A stretch of DNA of 63,335 bases, the filler included, from Hyphochytrium catenoides (taxonomy: Eukaryota; Protista; Hyphochytriomycota): NCBI GenBank assembly GCA_900088475.1. It is 8 parts of 8 records of this genome, joined end to end, with 100 filler letters (N's around TTAATTAATTAA, not from the genome) between each part and the next. Parts side by side here need not be neighbours in the genome. Positions count along the whole stretch, not along the records: positions 1 to 12,932 come from FLMG01003236.1; 7 more parts are not named here. One strand, written 5' to 3'. How positions within the stretch are numbered: position 1 is the first letter of the stretch; the number at the start of each line of letters is the position of its first letter. Positions 1 through 13,032 of this stretch are shown here, one piece after another. Made by a program: the position numbers and the translations under genes. The notes under the pieces are model-generated. The model made no database searches. It was not told where the DNA came from and worked only from the letters and a program-made list of their open reading frames with translations.

Positions 1-285
1 TCTCTCTCTTTCTTCTCCCCCTCTCTCTCTCTCGCCCTCTTTCTTGCTTTCCCATCTATCTATCTCTTTCTCTCTCCCTTTCTTGTCCTGTCTTCAATTT
101 TCTTCTCTCGCTATATAAAAAAACTTCCTCTCTTCTCTCGCTCTCTTGCTTGCCTTTCTTTACCTTTGAGTCCACTCTTTTTTTCTCTCTCTGTCCTTCT
201 CCCTCTTTCCTTCCGTCTGTGAGCCCTCTCTCTCTCTCTTTCTTTCTCTCTGACTCTTCCTCTTTTCTTCTTTTATAACCAACAG

Positions 286-458
286 AAGAAGAAGAAGAAT
301 CTGGAGAAGTAACAGAAGAAGAAGGAGGAGAAGAAGAGAACTTATCCCCCTTCATCATGACTTTCAATAAAGATTGTCTCTCTAACAAGGAATCCCTGTG
401 CGAGGAGGGAGAATCGGGGAAGAGAGAGAGTCAAATAAGAGAGAGAGAGAGAGAGTGA
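286..458 (+). CDS. Possible terminal exon of an acidic, low-complexity protein whose gene starts outside the window
   Basis: A long pyrimidine tract ends in AACAG at 285. The frame then reads EEEESGEVTEEEGGEEENLSPFIMTFNKDCLSNKESLCEEGESGKRESQIRERERE*. No family recognised. Confidence 0.25.
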
Positions 459-1516
459 GAGAGGATAAGAGAAAGAGAGAGGAGACAGAGACCACAGGAG
501 AAAAGGGAAGAAGAAAAGAAGAAGACATCAATCAACAAACAGAAAAAAAAGGTAAGAAGACTCCTACTACCGAAGAAAGAGAGAAAACGGAGGAGGAACA
601 CAGAGATTTACTAGTTCCTCTTCTCTATCTTCACCCTGAGGAAACCAAAAAAGAAAGAGTTCTCCTCTTCTCTCTCTCTTTTCTCTTCTCTTCTCTCTCT
701 CTCTTCTGTCTCTCTCTCTCTCCACCTGTCTCTTCTTATGGATTCTAAGAAGTAGCTGCACAAGAAACTGATAGACACTGGAATCGGAGAGAAGCAGGAG
801 AAGAGGGAAGAAGAGATATAGATATCATAAGGGCGAGAGACGAGAAGAGAACAAAAATGGGAAGAAGAGAGAGAAGTAACTGTAGCATTTCTTCTTTTCT
901 TTCCCTCTTTCTTATTCCATTATTTTCCCTTCCCTTACGGCTTCAGGCCAGATTTTTCTGCGTTATGATAAGCTTTCTCTCTTCTGCTCTTTCTCTCTTT
1001 TCTTATCTCTACATCTCTCTCACCCTTTTCTGGAGAGACGTAAGCCAACAAATATTTGAAAAATAGAGTAGTAAAAGAGAGAAAGAGAGATGGGAGAAGA
1101 AAGAAACAAGAAAGAGGCTTTTCTTTTCTTCTTTTTTGTGCAATAAGAGATTACGGAAAGAGATGGAAGAAAAGAGAGAGTTACTGAGAAGGACGCTGCA
1201 GTGAGAGAAAAGAGAGACACCAAAAAAGGTTGCCAGGGCTGCGCTTCTCTTTGTCCCCTCTTTATTATATTGGGAGAGGAGAGGGAGAGAGAGAGATCTT
1301 CTCTCTTAATTTCTCCTCTTCAAGATCTGACGAAGGGCTAAACCTTCTTATAGCCTTGGATAGTAGAAGATGGAAGTACTATAAAAAAATACTGCTAGTT
1401 CCCTTCATGTTCCTCTCTTACGCCTCTTCTTCAGCCAAACAGAAAGGCGCGTCTCTCTCTCTCTCTCTTTGTTCTCTCTCTTTCCCTCTCTCTCCCTAGC
1501 TTGTTGGTTCGACCTG

Positions 1517-1617
1517 CTACCGGATGAGGAGACAGCCATCGAGAGGTAGGAAACCTGGACCTAGCGGGTTGTTATACTCGTCTGAGGATAAGTAAAGAAG
1601 GGAGAGAGAGGGAAAAA

Positions 1618-1656
<39 letters not shown>

Positions 1657-2036
1657 TGGGGAAATTGGAAAGAATGAGACAAAACGCGACAGCGGGGGAG
1701 CCATTGCATGTCTGAAAATGTTATGCTCTCTCTCTCTTTCCCTTTTTCACTCTCTCTCTCCTCCCCATCTTTCGTCGTTGTCTCTCTTCTCTCCTCTTCC
1801 AGTTTCTCTCTCTTACCTCCCCAATTCGCTTCCTGTTGAAGCTTTTTTATGGCGTTTTCTGCCTTTCTGTGGACTCGCAGCTGCTGGTGCGCCCAGGCGG
1901 ACTGGGAGACAGCGAGCTGCCGGAGTTCTAAGAGCGTGCATGAGAGAGAGAGAAAGAGAGAGAGAGACAAAAACGCGTGGTTTTGAGAGGTAGTGAGTTA
2001 AGAAAGGCTGAAGTCATTGGCACGCCAGGCCGTAGA

Positions 2037-2104
<68 letters not shown>

Positions 2105-2451
2105 GGCGAGAGGGCGAGAGAGAGAGAGAAAGAGAGAGAGAGTGAGAGAGAGAGAGAAAGGGAACAGAGAGAGAGAGAGAGAGGGAACAGAGAGAGAAAC
2201 AGAAGGAAAAAAAGATTGGAGAGAAAGAGAGAAAGAAAGAGAATAACAGAGAGAAGAGAGACGGAAATTGGACGGCAGAGTGAAAAAGGAAGAGGGTGAT
2301 GCAAGGGCAGAGGAGAGGAAGAGAAAGGTAGAGCCTTACTTTTGCTGAGTGCACGGTTTTCTGCCAGCTCTTTTTCAAGCCTCGACGAGGATATGGCCAT
2401 CGCTACGACCTGAGGTGAAGAGAACGAGAAGAGGAAGAGCGAGAGAGGGAA

Positions 2452-2484
<33 letters not shown>

Positions 2485-3585
2485 AGAGATTGACAACCAG
2501 ACCTAGAGACCCCAACAGGAGGAAGCGAGAGGAGTGATGCTGTGGAAGGAAGAGCAAATACTTCTTCTGGGAGAATCACAAGAAGAAAGGAAAAAGAGAG
2601 AGAGAGAGAGAGAGAGAGAAAGAAAAGAGAACTGGGAGGTAGGAAGGCGAGAGCCACCGAGCGGCCCAAACAGGAGGGAAGAGAGAGCGGGAAGTAGGGA
2701 GGATGGGCGAGAGACATATTGGAAAGTGTATAGAGAAAGAAAGGTCAGAAAAGAGAGAGAGAGAGATGTGCGTAGAACTCGTTATTAACATAGAGAGGAA
2801 GAAGGAAGGCAGCGGTAGCGACAATCTGGAGAAAAGAAGAGAGAGGCGGAGAGTAACTAAAATATGCCCCAAAGGACGGCCACCTCTCTCCTTTTCTCTT
2901 TTACCTTAGTCGAGGCGATAACGTCCCATATCTCCTCCTCCAGAGAGAGAAGAGACGCCAAGGGTCCGACAACTGCCTTTCTTTGGAGCATCGCAAGATC
3001 AACTGTCTCTCTCTCTTCCTCTTCGTCTTCATAATCTATCTTCCCATTCTTCTTCTTTCCTTTCTGCTCTCTCTCTTTATCCTTCTCTCTCCTTCTCCCT
3101 CTCATAACTGCTTGGCCTGAAACTATGACGAGGACTGAAGAGGAAGAAGAGAGAGAGAGAAAGAGAGGTTCTCCCTTATCGAAAGACTGCAGCTCAAACT
3201 CTTCCGCTGAAGAAGGAGGAAAGCCACTGCTTCTCAATATCTCTAGCCTGTAAGCAGAGAGAAGTAGACGCAAAACATCGAGACAGAGTAGAGAAGGAAC
3301 AGAATGTTAAATGCGAGAGACAGACAAGAGAGAGAGAGAGACGACACAGAGAAAGAGACACCGACAGAAATAGAGAGAGAGAGAAACAGGTAGAGAGAAA
3401 GGAGAGAGAGAGAGAACGTATAGAGGACAAGAAGAAGACAGTCAGCGAGAATAAAGAGAGAGAAAGAGGAGGCACCTTAATGTCGAAGAAGAGAATGCCA
3501 CGCTATGGGACGGATCAGAGAGAGAAGAAGCGAGAGAGAAGGGACCAAAAAAGCTGAAAAGGAGAGCGAACCATAACCAGGTGGA

Positions 3586-3617
<32 letters not shown>

Positions 3618-3830
3618 GGTTAGAAAACGCCCACATCAAAGAGGAAGCTTGGAGGGAGACAGATAAGAACAAGAAGGAAAGAGAAAAGTTGTACTAACGC
3701 GAAAGCTCTCTCTTCCGCCTGCTGAAGAAGCTCCATCAGCCCTTTCTGGTTGATTTCTATGTGGGCGCAAGGGCCCCTCAGGTAAATCTATAGATCATCC
3801 GAGACAAGGTGACCATAGAGAACGGGAAAA

Positions 3831-3866
<36 letters not shown>

Positions 3867-4302
3867 AAAGAAGGAGAGAGAGAGACCGAGAGAGAGAGAG
3901 AGAGGTGTCAGGATCTTGATTGAAAGAGAGAGAAACAAAGGGAGACAGAACAAGAGAAGAGTGAGAGAAAGAGAGAGAGACTAAGACAGAGAGAGAGAGA
4001 GAAAGAGACAGACAAAGGGAAGAGAGAGAGAGAAAAGCGGGCGAGAGAGAGAAAAAGCGTGCAAAAGAGAGGGAGAGAGATACTTCTACCTTTCTCGCAT
4101 TCGTTTTGTACTTGGCGGCAAGCTTTTTGGCCAGTTCCTGGTCGTCCAGAACTTCAGAAGGAAGGAGAGACGAGCCTCCAAACACTTCTCCTTCCTCTAT
4201 TTCTCTCTCCGTGTAGTGGTTACATGTGTCTATGAAAGGTTGTAAAGGGGAGAAAGAGAGCGATTAAAGCAGGCAGAAGAAGAAAAGTGAGAAAAAGAAG
4301 GC

Positions 4303-4333
<31 letters not shown>

Positions 4334-4439
4334 CAAGAAGAGACAGAAAGAGGTTTATAGGAGAGCTTAGCTTTTGATCGAAGGGATCGCAATATGCGGA
4401 CATACACACAGAACGGAGTCAGGTGAGAGATAGATACTG

Positions 4440-4483
<44 letters not shown>

Positions 4484-4656
4484 ATTACCTGGTTCCAGGC
4501 ATCTTCCTTCCTCCGTACAGAGAGATTGGACCTGTCCTCCGCCCACGATTGGAATAAAAAGAGGAGTCGAGGGGGAAAAATGCTGGAGCACCTCTCCACT
4601 CTTCAGAGTCTCCACGAACCGCATCTGGGCACAAAGTTTCAAACTAAGAGAGAGTA

Positions 4657-4688
<32 letters not shown>

Positions 4689-5683
4689 GGAGACGGAGAG
4701 ACAAAGAGAGAGACAGAGAGAGAGAGAAAAAGGGGGAGAGAAATAGGGGTGAGAGACAGAGAAAGAGAGAGAGGAGATAAATAAGAAAGACAGGAAGAAA
4801 GGGGGGAGGGAGAAGAGCAAAAAGACAGAAAAGAGAGGGAGAAGGTCAAAGGCAATAGAGAAAAAGAGAGGCAGAAAGAGACTGAGAAAGAGAAAGAGGA
4901 AGAAGAAGGAGAGCGACAGCAAAGGAGGGCCAGGGGAGAGTAGAGAGAGAGACACAGACAGACTGAGCGACAGACAAAGAGGCAGACAGATAGGTACAAA
5001 GGAAAGAGAGACACAGACAAACAAAGAAACGGACTGACAAAAGGAGAGAGAACGGGGAGAGAGAGAGACAGAAGGAGAGAAAGTGGGAGAAAGAGATAGA
5101 GAGAGCGTGCTTCCGATCATTTACCGGAGGCGTCCATCCAGCACTTTCCAGAAGACAGTCTCAGGGAGCTGCGTGTTGTTCTCAATATACCGACAAATAA
5201 ATAGCAGCTCTTCCTGAGAGACAAAGAGGAGAGAGAGAGAGAGAGGGAGAAAAAAGAGAGGCAGAGAGAGAGAGAGAGAAAGACCGTAAGGGACATTTAG
5301 AGTTAAGAAACCGAGGCTTCTAGAGAGACATTTAAAGAGTGATCTTCATCTTCTAGNNNNGTACCTCTTTACAGGCAGCTCCCCTATTCATGAGCCGCTT
5401 GGCTCTGAGCTTCTCACTGATCCTGTCAAGAGTCTCTCTTGTGGCCTAACATGGTGAGCGAGAAAGAGAGAGAAAGAGAAAGACACGGACGAGAAAGACA
5501 ACCTCAATACAGAGAGAAAGAGTGGAAGAGAGAGAGAGACACACACACACAGAGAGAGAAAGGAAAGAAAGGAGAAAACGCCGCTCACTAAGAGAACCAG
5601 GAAAGTAAAAGCGAGTGTAAGTTCTTGAAAGAGAAGAGGAAAGGAGTTGGAGCTTCCTGCACCTGTCGCTGCTTCTGGTTCAT
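1517..5683 (-). CDS. Orphan multi-exon protein-coding gene (~10 exons, roughly 390 aa), with a probable coiled-coil C-terminus
   Basis: Non-repetitive islands bounded by GT-AG splice in phase: MNQKQRQ|ATRETLDRISEKLRAKRLMNRGAACKE|EELLFICRYIENNTQLPETVFWKVLDGRLR|LKLCAQMRFVETLK...LEP|DTCNHY...YKTNARK|IYLRGPCAHIEINQKGLMELLQQAEERAFA|LEILRSSG...IWDVIASTK|VVAMAISSSRLEKELAENRALSK|KLRQLAV...EANWG|DEYNNPLGPGFLPLDGCLLIR* (TAG at 1519-1517). The start exon is uncertain. Confidence 0.7.
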
Positions 5684-5745
5684 TCTTCCGTGACAAGCGA
5701 CAGAGACCGAGAGAAAGAGAGAAAAAGAAAGAGAGAGAGAGAGAA

Positions 5746-5799
<54 letters not shown>

Positions 5800-8099
5800 G
5801 CAAGAGGGAAGGAAGATTGATATTTACAGAGGGAGGGAGGAAAAGAGGGAGAGGGAGAGAGGTCCTAGAGAGAAAGACAACGAGATGTGGTAGAAACGAG
5901 GGGAGACGAGAGAGAGAGAGAGAACTGAAAGAACTCTAACAGGAGAAGAGAGGAGAAGCGATCTAAGTAGACAGAGGAAGCAAGATCAGGGTGAGACTGA
6001 ATCACAATGGCAGAGGATGGAAGGAAACCAGCTTCCGCCGGGGAGAGCGCGAGCTAAGGAGAGAGGCCAGAAAGAGAGAGGACGAATGTTGGTGAGAGAG
6101 AGAAAGAGAGCGAGAACGAGCGAGAGAGAGAGAGGGGAGAGAGAAAGAAAGAGGGCAGATGATAATTTTGAGAGTGGTGATGGCTGACGGCTCTCGCGTC
6201 GCTTGCGTATTGCACTGATCCTCTTTCTTCTTGTTGGTTCTCGTCCTCTCTCTTTCCCTTTTGCTCTCTGCCTCTGCTCTCTTGTTATTGTTTCTGGAAC
6301 TGTCTGCTTATGATAGTCTCTCTCTTGCTCTCTCCCCTTGTTTTGTCTTTTCTCTCCCTCTTTTTCTCTCTTTTTATAAGAACTCTCTCTCTCTTCTCTC
6401 TCTCTCTTCTCTCTCTTCTCTCTCTCTCTCCTTTTACCTCTCCTCACTTCAGCCACGTCTATCAAGTGTCGCGGAAAAGTGGTTACATTTCATGGCGTTA
6501 ACGGCTCCGTTTGACGGTCGTGTATACGAAACGTTGTCTCTATCTCCGAAAAGAGTCTATTACTACTTCAAAACAATCAAATATTTATAACACTGGAACA
6601 ACAGCTACCCGAGACTAAGATTATCCATCACCAAAATAACTCTACCTATTGCCTAATCTTACCGCTTTCTTCGTTATCTGGCCCTCCTCCTGTTTGTCCT
6701 TCTGTTCTCTTTTCCTTATTTAGCTTAGAATCCTTCTTCCCTTTCTTCTTGTTTCTTGTTTCTTTCTCTCTTTCTCACTCTCCTCTTTCTTCTTTTTTCT
6801 TTCTTTCCCTCTCTTCTTTCTTTCTTTCTTCCTTTGTCCTCTTTCTTTCTTCCTCTTTTTTTTCCTCTTTCTTTCTTCCTCTTCCTCTTTGCTCTTTGCT
6901 CTTTTTCTTTCTCTTTCTTTTTGTTACCATCTTCCTTCCTTCCCTTTACTTCTTTCACCTTACTTTTCTTGCCACCGTCACTATCTTATTTATGTTTTCC
7001 TTACTCTTTTCCCGCACTGGCGGGGTAAGAGAAAGGAAGGAAGGGTTTAGTTTCAGGACGTTGTTGGTGCTTCTGTTAAATATTCTTGTTCGATTCTCCA
7101 TCAGCTTTCTATCCATTTCTTCCTCTGTCTGATCCCATCCAGGAGCGCTCCTTCCTTCTTCGTTTGTTCGTCCTCTTTCTCTCCTCCTCCATACAAAGCT
7201 TTGATGTTGCGGTGGGGAGAGCAGCTTATGCTAAAATACTTCTGCTTCTTCTCTTCTCTCAACCTCGTCTTTTCCTTACATGGAATACTGTGACTCCAGC
7301 ATTGATAGAAGTGGTTACGTAGTACTGGCGTGCTTCTTTGTAGTCCCTGCTCTTCTTGTCCTTCTACCACTTCTCTCTGCCGTCTCTCTCCTGCTGTCTC
7401 TCTCAATCAATCCTCTCTTCTATAAAAAGTTTTGCATTCATATCTGCCTTGTTATGGGAAGAGCCGAAGAGAAGAGAGGACTTCTTGACGCTAATAAAAA
7501 AGCCACAACATCCTCATCAGATAATCTTGAATGATCAGTAAGCAGCAATGACATTCCATACATCAGTATCCTGCGCCCTCCTCATGATGATGATCAGAGA
7601 TCCTTCATGTGCCCATTGAGGTTGAGTGACTGCACGACCGCGTCAATAGGCAAGGTCGTCAAGATAGTAATAGTTAGAAATTTAAAAAATTTCTTTACTT
7701 GCTACTCCTTCTCCACCTTCTTCTTCTTCTTCTTTATCCCTCTTCTTTTATTCTAATATTAGAGTTAAAGCACAATAACAAAAGAGGAAAGAACCATCCA
7801 TAATATGCTGTGGCTAAGAGAAAAACAGCTCTAGTGGACTAATGATGCTAACTCTCTTTTATATAATATGAAGAAGTAAAAGATGAAGAAGAAAAAGAAG
7901 AACTTGAAGTAAAAGAAGAAAAAGAAGAAAAAAAAAGAAGAAAGACAGTTTTGATGCGCATTTGCTTCATGAATCGCGCTAGGTTTCTCTGTGAAGCCGT
8001 AAAGCCATGACCAAACGGGGCCATTGATCAAGATGTCGAGAAGCATCAAGAGCAGAGCGGTCACACTGAAGCTTCTTCACCAGATGTCTTACACGCCCA

Positions 8100-8407
8100 A
8101 CGGGCGCACCTGCATAGCTCCTCCTCCAAACGACTCCTCCCAACAAAGTATTGCGACAAATTGCAGCCCTATAACAGCCTTACAAGAAAAAGAATATTCA
8201 CACTTTTTCAGCTTCTTCCCCTTCTCGGACAAGCGACCTTCTTGAATAGCCTGACGGGCGCACCTGCATAGCTCCTCCTCCAAACGACTCCTCCTCCCAA
8301 CGTATTGCCACAAATTGCAGCCCTACAACAGCCTTACAAGAAAAAGAAAATTCACACTTTTTCAGCTTCTTCCCCTTCTCGGACAAGCGACCTTCTTGAA
8401 TAGCCTG
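8100..8407. repeat. Tandem direct duplication, 2 x 154 bp, slightly diverged
   Basis: Both 8100-8253 and 8254-8407 begin ACGGGCGCACCTGCATAGCTCC and end CTTCTTGAATAGCCTG, with a few substitutions between them. Confidence 0.9.
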
Positions 8408-9853
8408 CATGATGATGATCTGCTGCATAAGGAAGAGGTTTTCTTAATTGCAGCGAGTCTGTGACAGACGTAGTGTTACCATCATCAAAGGCCGTAGTGT
8501 GCTCTAACGCGGCGGAGGGTCACGAACCAACAAATCTGCCCATTTTTTCCCCTTTATGTGGTTTATGCACTACTATCAACAAGTACTGCTACTACTACAT
8601 AAGGGGAAGAAGAAGAAAAGGAGAAGAAGAAGGCGATGAAAGAAAGAGAAAAAGAGAAAAGAGAGACGAAGAAGAGGAGCGAGGAAGAGACAAGGCAAGC
8701 TATCTTTTCTTCATACGAGTTCCAATACTGTAGGGCCATCTTATGATATGGTTTTATCCCAATCTTAATGGAGTACTTTGATTTCCATTGAGTTCACTGA
8801 AGGTTACTGATAAAATATTTTCTATAAAGCAATAAAAAACAATAGTGAGAAGAAGAAGTTGTATCTTTCTAATCTTATCTGATTATATTTGTTTACGTAT
8901 TTCTAAATAAACGTTACAATATCGAAGACAAGACTTATCTAATTTGGAATGACCCCAACCATAACTGCTCGAAGAGAAAGAGTGACACCCCTCAGGCAGC
9001 CAATCATCGAACAGCAAGGCTCCATTCCCCCTAATACATCCCGTACTTTAGCCAATCAGAAGCGTCTGCGGGCCTCTGTGATGCACTCTTATTCTCCAAT
9101 CAAGTTCAAATTTTGGAGGCTCCATGGGCCGCTGGACAGGAATTCCCAACAATTTCCTCTTTCCTCAGCATTGGCAGCTGGACTATACAAACTTTCATAT
9201 TAAATTCATCCTGACACTCAACTCTTCTCCGCTCCCACTCTTACGGCTTGGTCCGATTGGGTCTCTGCCCTTTCCACCCTTCACAATAAGTCTTCTCTGT
9301 CACCTCACTGCCAACACCGCCAGTGTATTCTAATCGTATTCCACAGATCAGCAGTCCCATTCAATCCCAAACATCCTCTTTTGTCCTAAACGTAAGCCTA
9401 TTTTGATCCAAATAATAATTAATATAGAAGGCTATTACCCGATAAGAGACCGCCTAAAAGGAATGCAGGTGGATCTGTTATACAGTTTACGTTCTAGAAT
9501 ATATGCCGCCATGATCATTGAGAGAGTCGGTACCATGCTCAGAGCCCCGCGATGGCTCTGTCTTATGCCCTTTTAAAGCCTCTATGGTTCTCTGTGAGGG
9601 GAAGCAACGAGTACAGACCGAAGAGACAGGGTTTCGGTAAGACAGAGTGTCTATGGGATATTTTATGCAGAAGACAGAGCCAACCATTGATAAAGCAAAT
9701 ACTTGCGCGAGATGGGATTTAGGGCAAGACAGAGCGTAAGGGAGAGATGAGAGACAGGACACAGAGTGCTTCAACAAAACGTCCTCTTCTCAGCTGAGAG
9801 AGCCAAAAAGCTGAAGAAGTGTGAGGGGAAGAGAGAGAGAGAGAGAGAAAGAG

Positions 9854-9898
<45 letters not shown>

Positions 9899-9980
9899 CC
9901 CGTGCAGGTGCTTAAGAGATCTGTAACTGGTTGGCGCGTTTCCCACTAGAAATGTATGGACTTTCTTACCAGGAGCCTCT

Positions 9981-10125
9981 TCACTTCCCACCACTCCGCC
10001 ATCACGTGGATCAAGAGACGAGAGAGAGAGAGAGAGAGAAAGAGAAAGAGAGAGAGAGAAAGAAAGAGAGAAATGTACAGAAGAGAAATCAATCACTTGC
10101 CGCCACTCCGCCATCACGTGGATCA

Positions 10126-10173
<48 letters not shown>

Positions 10174-10204
10174 AAGAAAGAGAGAAATGTACAGAAGAGA
10201 AATC
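9981..10204. repeat. Tandem duplication with a ~112 bp period containing a GA microsatellite
   Basis: CCACTCCGCCATCACGTGGATCAAGAGACG-(GA)n-AAATGTACAGAAGAGAAATC occurs twice (copies start near 9981 and 10093). Confidence 0.85.
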
Positions 10205-10309
10205 CTTTCACATTCTGAGAAAGCGAAGAACATCAGTTGCACTGGGGTTCAAATCGCGACAGAGCAAGAGAAAGTAGAAACGACGCGTCCGTGTCTCTTT
10301 CTCCCTCTC

Positions 10310-10347
<38 letters not shown>

Positions 10348-10891
10348 TCTCTCCCTCTCTCTCCCTCTCTCTCCCCGTCTCTCCCTCTCTACTCATTCTC
10401 TTTCTGTGCAATGTGCAGTCATCAATCTCCGTCCAAAAGAGTTGACTCAAGAGTTACCGTCTGAAAGTCGGAAAGAGAGAGAGGAAAGGAGGCACACAGA
10501 CACAAGAGAAAAGAGAGAGAGAGAAAGACGAAGCTGGGTCTCATCATCATCAGAGTCAGATCTTCCCCTCCTGTGTGTACGATCTTCACAGACTTTGGTC
10601 AGTTGACGATCTCCCCATTCCTCTTTCTCTCCTCATCACTTCACCTTGTCTCTCTTTTCTTTCTCTCTCTCTCTCTTTTCTGAAGACCCGCTTTCTTCTT
10701 TCCATTCAGCATTCTCGTTCTTTCCTCATTTTGCAGAAACCGCGTCAGCATAGCGTCGTTGTCTCTCTCTCTCTCTCTCTCTTGCCTCTCATCTTCGTAT
10801 AAAAGAGACTCAAAGCTCTGGAACTCGTTTCTCTCTTCCCATATATAAAGGGGAGAACAAGAAGCTTTCGTCAAGGAAATAGAGAAAGACA

Positions 10892-10922
<31 letters not shown>

Positions 10923-11187
10923 GGTTCCTAACATTCTTTATTGGGGAAAGAGAGAAAGGGACGTTGCTCAATGGCACTTGCAGCTCCACAAGTCACAGAC
11001 GACGCAGCAGTCAGCCGTACAGCGAGCTCCCTGCTGCGGCGTTGTCATTAAATCTTTCTCTCTCTCTCCTGTTCTCTCTCTCTCTTGTCGCTCTCTCTAG
11101 GCCCCATCCGCCTAGCTCTAAAAAATCTCTCTCTCTCTCTCTGCCTGCCTCTGTCTCTCTCTCTTACAAAGAAAGAAAGGAAGAGGA

Positions 11188-12039
11188 ATGAGCTCTTGGG
11201 AAGAGTTTCCAGTCTCTCCTTCTGCCGCAAGTATGGACAAGGATACGGCAGTGAGAGGAGGAAATAGGAGAAGCTTATGGCTTCTCATCGCAGAGTCAGA
11301 AGTGGCAAAAATGTCCTCTCTCTCTCCCTCATCTCGCTCTCTCTCTTCCTCTCCGCCAACCTCTCTCTCTTCCTCGTACGAGAAAGATTTCTTGGCTGCC
11401 TGGGAAGGACAGACGTCTCTTTTTCCCTCTTCTTCTCCCCTCAGCAGCAGCAGCTATAGCGGCTGTTTTGAAGATCTGGACTCTTCCTCCGGAGAGAAAG
11501 GAGAGAATAGCAGGGGAAAGAGAGAGAGAGTAAGAAGAGGAAGTGTGCGCTCTACTGTGTGCGGCAACTGTCTCTCTCTCTCCCACATGACCATAGATTG
11601 TCCCTCTCTTCTGGCCTCAGAAGATTGCCCTTCCCCCGTTGTCTCTGTCGTCGATGACCAGCACCAAGAGGGAGAAGAGAGAGAGGGAGAAGTCATCTCG
11701 CTTGCTTCCTCTCTCTCTTCTCTCTCCCTCAAGGAAGAAGAGAACACAGCGAGAAAGAGCGTCGATAGCTCTGTGTTTTATGAGGAAGGAGAGGACGAAG
11801 AGAGAAGCGATAAGCGGCATCTCACGCTTGAGATCCTCCGCTACTATGGAGAAGATCCATGGAAGAAAAAGGAAGACTGCCCTACCGCTTTCTCTCCTAC
11901 AATCCCTGTTCTCTCTTCCTCTGGAGTCTCTCTCTCTCCTCTCTCTCTCTCTCCCACATGGACGGGAAAGAAGCATCCACAGCTGTTGACGTTGGAGTCT
12001 GTCCCAGAGGAAGAAGACGAACTATCTCGCCATCCTTAG
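11188..12039 (+). CDS. Intronless Ser/Glu-rich protein with one CCHC zinc knuckle
   Basis: 283-aa ATG-started ORF with non-microsatellite composition. CGNCLSLSHMTIDC fits C-x2-C-x4-H-x4-C exactly. Confidence 0.6.
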   Translation: MSSWEEFPVSPSAASMDKDTAVRGGNRRSLWLLIAESEVAKMSSLSPSSRSLSSSPPTSLSSSYEKDFLAAWEGQTSLFPSSSPLSSSSYSGCFEDLDSSSGEKGENSRGKRERVRRGSVRSTVCGNCLSLSHMTIDCPSLLASEDCPSPVVSVVDDQHQEGEEREGEVISLASSLSSLSLKEEENTARKSVDSSVFYEEGEDEERSDKRHLTLEILRYYGEDPWKKKEDCPTAFSPTIPVLSSSGVSLSPLSLSPTWTGKKHPQLLTLESVPEEEDELSRHP

Positions 12040-12932
12040 CTCTTTCTATCTATTGTGAGCTTTCTCTCTCCCCTTTCTCTTCTCCTCAACCTCTTCCTCT
12101 TTACCAGCGAGAGGGAGAGAGAGAGAGAGAGAGAGAAAGGAAGAGGAGAGAGTTAGCTCTTACTCTATTTATTGCGCTCTCTATCTGTACATCACTCTCT
12201 TTTGTTTGCTATTCCGCTTCTTTTTTTTCCTTCGCTTTTCTTCTCTCCTGAAGCTCTCGGGAGATGGAAGAGAAAGAGAGAGGAAGAGAAGAAGAAGAGA
12301 TTATAGTGGCTCGCTCTCTCTCTCTCTTCTCTCCGCGAATTCTATGAATGTAAAATTCAAGAGACTCTCTTTTTCATTGGCATATTGTGGTTTTGTCCTT
12401 GGTGCAAATAGACCTTTGATGCCCTATCTCTCTCTCTTTCTCTCTCTCTCTTACGTTCTCTCTCTCTCTCGTACTCTTAGTTTCCTAAGCATTTCTGTGA
12501 GAAAGCTACCATAAATCCCTCTTCTCTGCTTATACCTAACTTTTAGGAGAGAGGAGACAGAGAGAGAACCAACAGTGGGGAGAAAGAGAGAGAGACTCGT
12601 GTAGAGAGAGAGAGAGAACATGAGAACAAGAGATCGAAAACATTTCCTTAGAATCGCTTCTTATAATCGCTGCATTTCCTGCATTTCCTTCCCGTTCCCA
12701 CTTTATCTTGCCTCTTCTTCCTACTCTTCTCTCTCTTCTTCCGATAACAGTTTTCTCTCTCTCTCTCTCTGTCTCTCTCTCTCTGTCTCTCTCTGTCTCT
12801 CTCTCTCTCTCTCTGTCTGTCTCGCTCTTTCTCTTGTGTCCTGCTGGTCACTTCGTTTTCTTGTCTGCCTGCAGTAGGGCCTTGGCTGGGATGAGCGGAG
12901 TGAGAGAATAGAGAGTGCGATGATTTCCGGCC

Positions 12933-13032
12933 NNNNNNNNNNNNNNNNNNNNNNNNNNNNNNNNNNNNNNNNNNNNTTAATTAATTAANNNNNNNNNNNN
13001 NNNNNNNNNNNNNNNNNNNNNNNNNNNNNNNN
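12933..13032. other. Artificial contig spacer
   Basis: N44-TTAATTAATTAA-N44, which places stops in all six frames. The same 100-nt block occurs seven times. Confidence 0.97.

Noticed and set aside
1500-1530. GGTTCGA as a possible tRNA T-loop
   Set aside because: No cloverleaf can be formed, and it abuts the stop codon of a minus-strand exon. I recognised no tRNA, rRNA or snRNA in the window.
8100-10204. Direct repeats as a possible CRISPR array or LTR pair
   Set aside because: Only two adjacent copies each, with no unique spacers, no cas genes and no internal retroelement ORFs, in a eukaryotic context.
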